From Polaribacter sp. (lineage in GTDB: Bacteria > Bacteroidota > Bacteroidia > Flavobacteriales > Flavobacteriaceae), in NCBI GenBank assembly GCA_965656305.1, contig CBFHKA010000041.1:41340-105339 (forward strand): DNA of 64,000 nt, read 5' to 3'. Numbering within the stretch: position 1 is the first letter of the stretch; each line of letters begins with the position of its first letter. The notes under the pieces are model-generated. The model saw only the letters and a program-made list of their open reading frames with translations. It ran no database searches and was not told the DNA's origin. The position numbers and the translations under genes are program-made. Shown here piece by piece: positions 1-8,447 of the stretch.

Positions 1-378
1 AAATTGATGAGATTCGTAAAATTTTTTTAGATATACTTGTGCAGAAATAGTAATTAATTCTTGATTAAAATTTTCTTTAATTGCTTTAATAGATGCTTTC
101 ATTAAAGTATGCCCATAACCATATTTACGTTCTAAAGCAGCAACTACTACTCTACCAATACTTGAGTTTTTAAAATAATCTCCAGGTTTAAAAATTCGTG
201 TATAAGCTACAATTTTATTGTTCTTTATACCTAATATATGTAATGATTTTTGATCTTTAAAATCTAAATCTTGATAGACACAATCTTGTTCTACTACAAA
301 TACTTCTGATCGTAATTGAAGTATTTGATAGAGTTCATCAACAGTTAATTCTTGAAAAGATTTTGTAATGAAGTTCAT
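1..378 (-). CDS. elaA: GNAT family N-acetyltransferase, ElaA-like (3' end runs off the window)
   Basis: Not in ORF track; hand translation from CAT at 376-378 gives MNFITKSFQELTVDELYQILQLRSEVFVVEQDCVYQDLD...IGRVVV...ISAQVYLKKFYESHQF, with the ElaA LRxxVFVVEQxCxYQDLD signature. Confidence 0.9.
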   Translation of the reverse strand, partial: MNFITKSFQELTVDELYQILQLRSEVFVVEQDCVYQDLDFKDQKSLHILGIKNNKIVAYTRIFKPGDYFKNSSIGRVVVAALERKYGYGHTLMKASIKAIKENFNQELITISAQVYLKKFYESHQF

Positions 379-395
379 ATAAAATAATAGATACT

Positions 396-464
396 TGTCA
401 TTACGAACGTAGTGAAGTAATCTTTTAATTTATAGAGAGATTGCTTCGTAAACTCGCAATGACA
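396..464. repeat. Bipartite palindromic REP-like element (GTCATT...AATCT family)
   Basis: tgtcattacga..gaagtaatct (396-423) and agattgcttc..tcgcaatgaca (438-464) are inverted arms with 10/11 and 9/10 matches. Confidence 0.85.
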
Positions 465-470
465 GAAAGT

Positions 471-902
471 TTAACAAGAAATTTTACCAACTCTATTTTG
501 GTGTCTTCCTCCTTCAAATTCTGTAGAAAGAAAAACATCTACAAAACCAATTGCTTGTTGTAAAGACACAAAACGTGCAGGAATTGTAAGAATATTTGCA
601 TTGTTATGTTGTCTTGTTAAGGCAACTAATTCATTATTCCAACATAAAGCAGCTCTAATTCCTTGATGTTTATTAGCTGTCATTTGTGCACCATTTCCAG
701 AACCACAAAGTATAATTCCTAACTCTGCTTTACCAGATTCTACACAATCTGCAGTAGGATGAATTGCATCAGGATAATCCATAGAAGCATTGGTATCTGT
801 ACCAAAATTTAATACTTTATATCCTTTATTTTCTAAATGTTTTATAATTTCGAATTTATATTCTGTTCCTGCGTGATCATTACCAATAGCAATTGTCATC
901 AT
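471..902 (-). CDS. rpiB: Ribose 5-phosphate isomerase B
   Basis: GNDHAG, DYPD, GIILCGSGNG, HNNANIL and FEGGRH motifs. Confidence 0.97.
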   Translation of the reverse strand: MMTIAIGNDHAGTEYKFEIIKHLENKGYKVLNFGTDTNASMDYPDAIHPTADCVESGKAELGIILCGSGNGAQMTANKHQGIRAALCWNNELVALTRQHNNANILTIPARFVSLQQAIGFVDVFLSTEFEGGRHQNRVGKISC

Positions 903-919
903 AATTTAATTTTTAAAAT

Positions 920-993
920 TGTCTTTACGAGGAAAAATGACGAAGTAAACTTTTTATTATTAAATAGATTACTTCATTTCATTCGTAATGACA
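920..993. repeat. Bipartite palindromic REP-like element upstream of rpiB
   Basis: tgtctttacga..gaagtaaact and agattacttc..tcgtaatgaca; same family as 396-464. Confidence 0.8.
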
Positions 994-1020
994 TAGTTAG
1001 AATAGCAAAAATATAGAAAT

Positions 1021-1510
1021 TAACGGTTATCAACAGTTATAAACATTTAAAATTTTATCATTTTTAATAAGTCCTTATTTTTAAAGGAATTAACTAGTTT
1101 AAGGTAATGTTAAGAACTTATCATTAAAAACTCGAAACTTTTTTTGGTGATTCTAATTTTAATTACAATACAAGCTCTTGGTTGATATATGCAAATTTTA
1201 TTTTAAGTATTTGATAAAAGTTTATCAACATAAAATTTACAATTTGTTTACATAAAAATTTAAATATTTATCAGTAAAAATAAGTGAATAACTGTTTATA
1301 AGTTTTGTTAATAACTCTAAATATTTATTGATTTTTAAGCTTTTAAATAACTCATAACTTGTCAATGCTTTTTAATAACTGATATTAAAAAGTAAATAAG
1401 TAAAATTTTATAGTAGCTATTCACATACTATTATAAACATTATTGTTTTTTAAAATTTTATAAAAGAAAAATAATTATAATATAGAATGTTGATAAGTGT
1501 GAAAAAATTG
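1021..1510. other. Probable chromosomal replication origin (oriC) with clustered variant DnaA boxes
   Basis: ORF-free AT-rich stretch with TTATCAACA (1027, 1222, rc 1488), TTATAAACA (1037, 1431, rc 1293), rc TTATTAACA (1306), rc TTATTCACT (1283), CTATTCACA (1417); parS-like sites 14-19 kb away. Confidence 0.7.
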
Positions 1511-1534
1511 AAGTGAAAATTTTAAAAAAATAAT

Positions 1535-1708
1535 TTAAACCGTCTTTTTCTCAGCTTCTAAAAGATATAAAGTGTCTTTTTGAATTTCTACAGTTTCTTT
1601 AGAAGGATGTTCTTTATTCAAAGAAGTATTTATAGTCATTACAGTAATACATATACCTGTAATGAATATAAAAGCGAAAAAAGCGATAATTTTACGTAGA
1701 TTTTTCAT
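1535..1708 (-). CDS. Small hypothetical membrane-anchored or secreted protein (57 aa)
   Basis: Not in track; MKNLRKIIAFFAFIFITGICITVMTINTSLNKEHPSKETVEIQKDTLYLLEAEKKTV has basic N-terminus plus hydrophobic helix; ECF-like promoter motif at 1735-1762. Confidence 0.6.
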   Translation of the reverse strand: MKNLRKIIAFFAFIFITGICITVMTINTSLNKEHPSKETVEIQKDTLYLLEAEKKTV

Positions 1709-1734
1709 CCTAAAAAGTTGATCTTCTTATTATA

Positions 1735-1762
1735 AAGACGTATCATTTAGGAAAACGTTACA
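1735..1762 (-). promoter_or_regulatory. Putative ECF-sigma promoter TGTAAC-N16-CGTCTT
   Basis: Minus strand reads tgtaac gttttcctaaatgata cgtctt, 26 nt before the ATG at 1708. Confidence 0.5.
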
Positions 1763-1920
1763 AATTTTTTAAGATTTTTTTAACTTATTAATTTCTAAAC
1801 TCAATTTTTAATTCTGAAAAAATCTTAAGAGTTTAATTTTCAATTTATAAGATGCTTACAATGTGAGTTATAAAAGGATAAATATTTTTAAAATCAAAAT
1901 TTTTAATTAGTAGCTATTTT

Positions 1921-2832
1921 TTATTTATTCACGACAAAATTAATTGCTTTTTCAATAATTTTTACGGTTACTTTTCCAGTACCAATGAGTTCACCATCAG
2001 CTTGAATAAAGGGTTTAGAATTTTTTTGAGTAACTGTAATTTCTTTAGTTTTATAGGTTTCTACTTTTTTGTGATATACAAACTTACCATTGTATAATTT
2101 ATGGATATTAAGAATCAAATCTAATAACGTAATATTTTTAGCAATAGTAATGTCTAAGAAACCATCTGAAGTATGTACATCTTTTGTAAACTGCATCCCA
2201 TTACCAGAAAATTTACAAATACCAAGAATTGTCATTAAACAATTTGTTTCTATTTCTTTATTATCAAATGTTACTTTAAAAACAGATTTTTTGTAAAATA
2301 ATAAACCATAAGTACCTGCAATTAAATAAGATAAAGAACCAAAAGGTTTCAGTTTTTTTAGTTTGTTAACTATATAACCATCATAACCCAAACCAGCTAC
2401 ATTATTAAAATATCTAATATTTTTACCTTTAGTTTCTAATACACCAATATCTTGTAAAATGGTGTTTTTTTGATGGATGATTTCTATAGCTTTTTGAATA
2501 TTTTTAGGGATGTTATAGGTTTTTATCCAATCATTTCCAGTACCTACAGGAATTACCCCAATAGTGATATCCGAAGTTTTTACATATCTTTGCGTCATTA
2601 TTCCATTAACTACATGATGTAGTGTTCCATCTCCACCTACTGAAATAATGTTTTTATAACCTTGTTGAATTGCGTTTTGTACCAATTCAATTTCGTGTTT
2701 AGAATACTCAGTTATAGCAAAAGAATAATCGATATTCTTGGTTTTTAAATTTTGCTGAATTTCCTTCCACTGTTTTGAAAATTTTCGATTTCCAGAAGTA
2801 GGATTTGCAATTAAAAACCAAGTTTGAATCAT
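1921..2832 (-). CDS. Diacylglycerol kinase-family lipid kinase (YegS/DgkB-like)
   Basis: ANPTSG, GGDGT, PVGTGND and QADGE motifs. Confidence 0.93.
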   Translation of the reverse strand: MIQTWFLIANPTSGNRKFSKQWKEIQQNLKTKNIDYSFAITEYSKHEIELVQNAIQQGYKNIISVGGDGTLHHVVNGIMTQRYVKTSDITIGVIPVGTGNDWIKTYNIPKNIQKAIEIIHQKNTILQDIGVLETKGKNIRYFNNVAGLGYDGYIVNKLKKLKPFGSLSYLIAGTYGLLFYKKSVFKVTFDNKEIETNCLMTILGICKFSGNGMQFTKDVHTSDGFLDITIAKNITLLDLILNIHKLYNGKFVYHKKVETYKTKEITVTQKNSKPFIQADGELIGTGKVTVKIIEKAINFVVNK

Positions 2833-2944
2833 AAATTAAAATAAATAAAAAGCCAAAATACAACAATAGATTGATAACTGTTTTTTAATACAATAACATC
2901 ATAAAATATTGTATTTTGGTATCATACAAATAAGAGTAAAATTA

Positions 2945-5245
2945 ATGACAAGAAAGAAAAAAAAGATATTTAAAAAGAAAGGAAAAGTCATCAAAGATTT
3001 AACTAGAAATATATTTAAAATATTAAACGAAGACAGTAATAAGTTTTATAATTACAAACAAATTGCTGCAAAATTAAAAGTTTCTGATACTGATGGAAAA
3101 AATCAGATTATCAAAAAACTAGCAGAACTAACTGCTACTAAAAAAATTAAAGAAATAGATAGAGGTAAGTTTCAAATTAATGAAGATCGTAAATATTCTT
3201 TAGGAACCTTAGATATTACATCTAATGGTAATGGATATTTTATGTCTGATGATTATGAAAACGATATTTTTATACCTAATATAAATCTAGGAAAAGGTTT
3301 ACATGGAGATGTTGTAAGAGCTTATGTTTATCAACGTAAAAGAAGTAGAAAATTAGAAGCTGATGTTGTTGAAGTTTTAGAACGCGCTAAAACAGAATTT
3401 GTAGGGGTTTTACAGAAAAGTAAAAATTTTGGATTTGTAATTCCTGATAACAACAAAATGTATGCAGATATTTTTATTTCAGAAAATAAAATGAATGGTG
3501 CAGAACATGGAGATAAAGTACAAGCAACCATTTCTGATTGGCCAGAAAATTCTAAAAATCCATTTGGAAAAATTACTACAGTTTTAGGAAAACCAGGAGA
3601 TCATAATACAGAAATGCATTCTATTTTATTAGAATACGATTTACCTTACGAATTTGAACCAGAAGTAGAAAAAGAAGCAGAATCTTTACCTATAGAAATT
3701 ACTGAATCAGAAATTGCTAAACGTAGAGATATGAGAGGCGATTTAACATTTACCATAGATCCAAAAGATGCAAAAGATTTTGATGATGCATTATCATTCA
3801 CAAAATTAGAAAACGGAAATTATGAAGTAGGAATTCATATTGCAGATGTATCTCATTATTTACAACCAAAAACAATTCTAGATGATGAAGCTTATGACAG
3901 AGCAACATCAGTGTATTTAGTTGATAGAGTAGTACCAATGTTACCAGAAATGCTTTCTAATGGAGTCTGTTCTTTAAGACCAAATGAAGAAAAATTAACT
4001 TTTTCCGCAGTTTTTGAAATCAACGAAAAAGCGCAAATAGTAGGAGAGTGGTTTGGTAGAACAGTTACCTATTCAGATCAACGTTTTGCATATGAAGAAG
4101 CACAATATTTGATTGAGGAAAATAGAGTAGATAAAAAAGATAAGAATCAAGATGATAAAAAGTCTGTCATTTCTAGTGAATTTTCGAAGAATCAGAAAAT
4201 TAGTATCGAGAAATCTTCATCTTTAAAATGTGTAATTCCTGCTAATGTTTCTATTACAGACAAGGAATATGAAGTAAAACCTGAAGTTGTAGAAGCTACT
4301 TTAAAGCTAGATGAATTGGCTAAAATTCTTCGTAAAAAAAGAATGAAACAAGGTGCAATTTCTTTTGATAGAGTAGAGGTGAAGTTCAATTTAGATGAAG
4401 AAGCAAATCCTGTTGGAGTATTCTTTAAAACATCACAAGATGCAAATAAATTAATTGAAGAATTTATGTTATTAGCTAATAGAAAAGTAGCAGAATTTAT
4501 TGGAAGTCATAAAGGAAAACCATCTAATAAAACGTTTATTTACAGAGTGCATGATGAACCTGATATTGAAAAATTAGCTTCTTTACAAAACATCATTAGT
4601 AAATTTGGGTATAAAATAAATACAGATACAAAAGAATCTACATCAGAATCTTTAAATCAGCTTTTAAATGATGTAAATGGTAAAGCAGAATCTAATATGA
4701 TTGAGACATTAGCAATTCGTTCCATGTCTAAAGCAGTATATACCACTCAAAATATTGGGCATTATGGATTGGCTTTTGATTATTACAGCCATTTTACATC
4801 ACCTATTAGACGTTATCCAGATGTAATGACACATAGATTACTTCAACATTATTTAGATGGTGGAGAAACGCCAAAAGCAGAACTTTATGAAGAAAAGTGT
4901 AAACATTCTTCAAAAAGAGAAGAATTAGCTTCAAAAGCAGAAAGATCATCCATAAAATATATGCAAGTAAAATACATGCAAGATCATAAAGATGAAGTTT
5001 TTGATGGTGTAATTACTGGGGTTACTGAATGGGGAATTTATGTAGAAATTTCTTCAAATAAATGTGAAGGAATGGTTAGAATTAGAGATATAAAAAGCGA
5101 TTATTATATTTTTGATGAAAAACAATATGCTATTGTTGGGCAATCTACCAAACATATTTATCAACTTGGAGATGATGTTCAAGTACAAGTAAAAAAGACA
5201 GATTTAGAACGTAAACATTTAGATTTTAATTTAATCGAAGACTAA
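2945..5245 (+). CDS. rnr: Ribonuclease R (RNB family), carrying an in-frame repeat-derived insertion
   Basis: FTIDPKDAKDFDDALS, HFTSPIRRYPD, C-terminal S1 domain; ATG 2945 (MTRKKKK) preferred over track start 2909. Confidence 0.97.
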   Translation: MTRKKKKIFKKKGKVIKDLTRNIFKILNEDSNKFYNYKQIAAKLKVSDTDGKNQIIKKLAELTATKKIKEIDRGKFQINEDRKYSLGTLDITSNGNGYFMSDDYENDIFIPNINLGKGLHGDVVRAYVYQRKRSRKLEADVVEVLERAKTEFVGVLQKSKNFGFVIPDNNKMYADIFISENKMNGAEHGDKVQATISDWPENSKNPFGKITTVLGKPGDHNTEMHSILLEYDLPYEFEPEVEKEAESLPIEITESEIAKRRDMRGDLTFTIDPKDAKDFDDALSFTKLENGNYEVGIHIADVSHYLQPKTILDDEAYDRATSVYLVDRVVPMLPEMLSNGVCSLRPNEEKLTFSAVFEINEKAQIVGEWFGRTVTYSDQRFAYEEAQYLIEENRVDKKDKNQDDKKSVISSEFSKNQKISIEKSSSLKCVIPANVSITDKEYEVKPEVVEATLKLDELAKILRKKRMKQGAISFDRVEVKFNLDEEANPVGVFFKTSQDANKLIEEFMLLANRKVAEFIGSHKGKPSNKTFIYRVHDEPDIEKLASLQNIISKFGYKINTDTKESTSESLNQLLNDVNGKAESNMIETLAIRSMSKAVYTTQNIGHYGLAFDYYSHFTSPIRRYPDVMTHRLLQHYLDGGETPKAELYEEKCKHSSKREELASKAERSSIKYMQVKYMQDHKDEVFDGVITGVTEWGIYVEISSNKCEGMVRIRDIKSDYYIFDEKQYAIVGQSTKHIYQLGDDVQVQVKKTDLERKHLDFNLIED
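4165..4216. repeat. Intragenic palindromic element (TGTCATTTC...GAGAAATCT) inside rnr
   Basis: tgtcatttctagtgaattttcgaagaatcagaaaattagtatcgagaaatct: outer stem atttctag/cgagaaat, inner stem aattttc/gaaaatt; same ends as the rc arm at 32528-32569. Confidence 0.75.
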
Positions 5246-5267
5246 TCCTGAATTTGTTTTAGGATCT
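5245..5267. repeat. Short REP-like hairpin after the rnr stop
   Basis: atcctgaa-tttgt-tttaggatct, a variant of the attctgaa-cttgt-ttcagaatct unit at 37099 and 40918. Confidence 0.55.
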
Positions 5268-5283
5268 TTTTAATAGATAAAAT

Positions 5284-5607
5284 ATGATTTTAACAACAAC
5301 ACCAAACATAGAGAACTTTAAAATAGTAGATTATTTAGGTATTGTAACAGGTACAGCTTATGATTCTAGTTATACAGCAAATGGTACAAAAATGTCTTTT
5401 AAAGATATGTTTAGTATGTCTAAATATTATGAAAAATATTCTTTAGCTCTAGAAACTATTAAAGAAAAAGCTTTTCAAAATTTAAAAAACAATGCAACTA
5501 AATTAGGAGCAAATGCTGTAGTTGGTATTCAATTAGATGTAGAACCACTTGCAAATTCATCAACTTTGTTAGTTTCTATAACAGGTACTGCTGTTAAAGT
5601 ACAATAA
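5284..5607 (+). CDS. YbjQ/UPF0145 family protein
   Basis: MILTTTPNIE...YLGIVTG...LGANAVVG...ITGTAVKV. Confidence 0.9.
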   Translation: MILTTTPNIENFKIVDYLGIVTGTAYDSSYTANGTKMSFKDMFSMSKYYEKYSLALETIKEKAFQNLKNNATKLGANAVVGIQLDVEPLANSSTLLVSITGTAVKVQ

Positions 5608-5626
5608 AATTAAAAAACTTATATTT

Positions 5627-5657
5627 AAAAAAATACGTCATATGACGTATTTTTTTT
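5627..5657 (+). terminator. Intrinsic terminator
   Basis: aaaaaaatacgtca-ta-tgacgtattttttt perfect inverted repeat with T tract. Confidence 0.85.
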
Positions 5658-5697
5658 GCTTCGTATTTGATTGACTTTTGTAAAAAACTTAATCATT

Positions 5698-7038
5698 ATG
5701 AAAACAAAATTACTTTTAGCATTTTTTTTACCAATATTAGCTTTTGGTCAAACACAGTTAGGAAATCAAATAAACAATCCAGATGAAAGCAACACAAAAC
5801 CTAGTAAATTTGGAACAGGTGTATCTATTTCAAATGATGGAAGCATTATTGCAATTGGAGCTCCAGGAAACAATGAAGATAGTTTTGTAAGAGTTTTTCA
5901 GTATCAAAATAATGCTTGGCAACAGTTAGGTTTAGATATTGAAAATGAATCAGTATTAGAAAAAGTAGGTCATAGTGTTTCTTTATCTTCTGATGGAAAA
6001 ACACTTGCAGTAGGTGCTCCAGAAGGTGGTGATTTAGATGAAGGACATATCAGAATTTATGAATATAAAAACGATGCTTGGGAAAAAATTAGCGAAATTG
6101 TTGGTGATGGAACTCAGTTTTATTTGGGCTACAAAGTAGCAATGACTCCAGATGCTAAATTTTTGGCAGCTACTGCTTATAAAACAAATTCTTCTAAAAA
6201 AGGAACTGTAAAAGTATATGAAAACATTAATGGAACCTGGGCTCAAAGAGGTTTAAACTTAGAAGGAGAATTTAATTATGATGCTTTTGGTTTTACTTTA
6301 GATTTATCTGATGATGGCAATGTTTTAGCAATTGGAAATAAAGGAAGAAAAAAAGTAAAAGTATTTGAGTTTGCAAACAATGCTTGGTCTCAGATTGGAG
6401 ATGATTTTATAGGTTTAAGTACAACTACAAGAGAATTTATGAGTGTTTCATTATCTTCTAATGGAAATAGAGTAGCAATTGGATCTGCAGAAGGAGTAAA
6501 TATTTACGAAAACACCAATAATTCATGGAGTTTATTAGGTAGTAAAATAAGTTATGGAAGCATCAATTCTTTATCATCTGATGGAAATCATATTGCTATT
6601 GGTTCACCTTACAATTACACAGTAAAAAATTATACTTTTAATGATAATTCTTGGACACAAAGAGGTATAGAAGTTTCTACCTGGAGAAGTAGTAATTTTA
6701 GTGAATCTTTAGCTTTATCAGCAGATGGAGATACTTTTATAGCAGCAAGTAACAAAGCTTTTCCAAGAGTTTATACTTTTAATGAAACATTATTATCTAC
6801 AGAAAAGAATAGTTTTAAAAACACAATTTCTTTATATCCAAACCCTGTAAACAATACTCTTAATATTCGAATTTCTAAATTAAACTTTAAATTTTTAACA
6901 ATTTATAATTTATTAGGAAAACAACTTATAAAAAGTACTAATACCAAAATTAATTTAACATCCTTTTCTAAAGGAATTTATCTTTTAAAATTAAAAACAG
7001 ATAAAGGTGTAATTACTAGAAAAATAATAAAAAATTAA
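5698..7038 (+). CDS. T9SS type A sorting domain protein with FG-GAP-like beta-propeller repeats
   Basis: Signal peptide MKTKLLLAFFLPILAFG, repeated (S)LSSDGxxxAIG units, C-terminal LYPNPV...GIYLLKL...KIIKN; ATG 5698 preferred. Confidence 0.9.
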   Translation: MKTKLLLAFFLPILAFGQTQLGNQINNPDESNTKPSKFGTGVSISNDGSIIAIGAPGNNEDSFVRVFQYQNNAWQQLGLDIENESVLEKVGHSVSLSSDGKTLAVGAPEGGDLDEGHIRIYEYKNDAWEKISEIVGDGTQFYLGYKVAMTPDAKFLAATAYKTNSSKKGTVKVYENINGTWAQRGLNLEGEFNYDAFGFTLDLSDDGNVLAIGNKGRKKVKVFEFANNAWSQIGDDFIGLSTTTREFMSVSLSSNGNRVAIGSAEGVNIYENTNNSWSLLGSKISYGSINSLSSDGNHIAIGSPYNYTVKNYTFNDNSWTQRGIEVSTWRSSNFSESLALSADGDTFIAASNKAFPRVYTFNETLLSTEKNSFKNTISLYPNPVNNTLNIRISKLNFKFLTIYNLLGKQLIKSTNTKINLTSFSKGIYLLKLKTDKGVITRKIIKN

Positions 7039-7141
7039 AGTTCTTGTTGCGTTAATTTTTTCATCTTTGCCACAATAAAAAAGGGAATAAGTCTTTATAG
7101 TGGTATACTTATTGGTTTAAGTATCATAATCAAACTTAAAA

Positions 7142-7834
7142 ATGATGAAAAAAATAATATTTGTATGTGTTTTAATGATGACCTTTTCATCTATTGCACA
7201 AAGTAAAGTAACTAAGAATTTAGGAGATTTTACAATACTAAAAGTATATAATGGTATAGAATTAGAGTTAATTAAATCTTCTGAACAGCGTTTAGAAATT
7301 ACTGGGAATAAATCTGAAATCGTAAAAATTAAAACGGTTAATAATACTTTAAAAATTTCTTTACCTTTTTCTTTAAAACCTGAAAATAATGCAGCAAATG
7401 GTGAGGTTTTGGTAAAATTATATTACTCTAAAAACATTGATATTGTTGATGCTAATGAGGGTGCAACTATTACAGGAAAAGAAATTAAACAAGACAAATT
7501 AGAAGTAAATGTGCAAGAAAGAGCATTTATAAATTTAGTTGTAAACGTAAAACATTTAGAGGTAAGAGCTTCTTCTGGTGGAATTATTAAATTATCAGGA
7601 AGTACTAAAAACCAAACTGTAGATGTAGATTTGTATGGAATTTACAATGGTTTTACTTTAATTAATAAAACAAATACTACTGTAAAAGCAGGAACTGGAG
7701 CTAAAGCAGAGGTTTTTGCTGGAGAAACTTTAAATGCAAAAGTAAGCTTTGGAGGGTCAATTTTTTATAAAGGAAACCCAGAAGTAGTAAAAGATAAGAA
7801 AGTAATTGGTGGAATCATTCAAAAAAGGAATTAA
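7142..7834 (+). CDS. Head GIN domain (DUF2807) protein
   Basis: Signal peptide, LGDFTILKVYNGIELEL, ASSGGIIKLSG, VSFGGSIFYKGNP. Confidence 0.85.
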   Translation: MMKKIIFVCVLMMTFSSIAQSKVTKNLGDFTILKVYNGIELELIKSSEQRLEITGNKSEIVKIKTVNNTLKISLPFSLKPENNAANGEVLVKLYYSKNIDIVDANEGATITGKEIKQDKLEVNVQERAFINLVVNVKHLEVRASSGGIIKLSGSTKNQTVDVDLYGIYNGFTLINKTNTTVKAGTGAKAEVFAGETLNAKVSFGGSIFYKGNPEVVKDKKVIGGIIQKRN

Positions 7835-7877
7835 TAGAATCCTTTTTGTATCTTTGTGTTATTAAATTTTAGAACAG

Positions 7878-8069
7878 ATGAATACTTTAAATATATTTTT
7901 ATTAGGAATGCCAAGTGGAGGATCTTGGATTATTATTGCAATTGCAATTTTATTATTGTTTGGTGGTAAGAAAATACCAGAATTAATGAAAGGTTTAGGT
8001 GGTGGTATAAAAGAGTTTAAAAAAGCATCTAAAGAAGAAAAAGAAAAAGAAGATAAAATAGAAGAATAG
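7878..8069 (+). CDS. tatA: Twin-arginine translocase TatA/TatE subunit
   Basis: [26 protein letters not shown]; TATCTTTG -7 promoter element at 7849-7856. Confidence 0.95.
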   Translation: MNTLNIFLLGMPSGGSWIIIAIAILLLFGGKKIPELMKGLGGGIKEFKKASKEEKEKEDKIEE

Positions 8070-8086
8070 ATTTTTTTAATATCATA

Positions 8087-8121
8087 AAAAAGCCCTAATT
8101 ACATTGTAATTAGGGCTTTTT
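8087..8121. terminator. Bidirectional intrinsic terminator
   Basis: aaaaagccctaattaca-t-tgtaattagggcttttt perfect inverted repeat. Confidence 0.85.
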
Positions 8122-8279
8122 ATTTTTTTAAATCTATTAAAACTTAATAATTATTATAGATTTTAATTGTTTTGGGATAAATGGGAGTTTCTATTTACTT
8201 AAATATTTTTTAACTTTTAAGTTAATTTAAAGGTCTAAAAATGAAAATATATAAGTAGAGTTATTAGGTAGAAAATAAC

Positions 8280-8370
8280 AAAAAAAATAAAGCTCTATTT
8301 GAATAACAAATAGAGCTTCTTTGTTTAAATTAAAAATCCCCCAAAATTTAACTTAATTGCGACAAATATA
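8280..8370 (-). ncRNA. Candidate ~80-nt small RNA (own -7 promoter and own terminator, no ORF)
   Basis: Minus strand TATATTTG at 8363-8370, body containing TTTTGGGGGATTTTT, perfect 12-bp stem 8290-8318 followed by T8. Confidence 0.4.
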
Positions 8371-8447
8371 TAATTAATTACTTTATCTTAAAAAAAATGT
8401 TATAAAAAGGAGGTTTTTGATGTTTTTTGGGATGAAATGGAAGGGTT

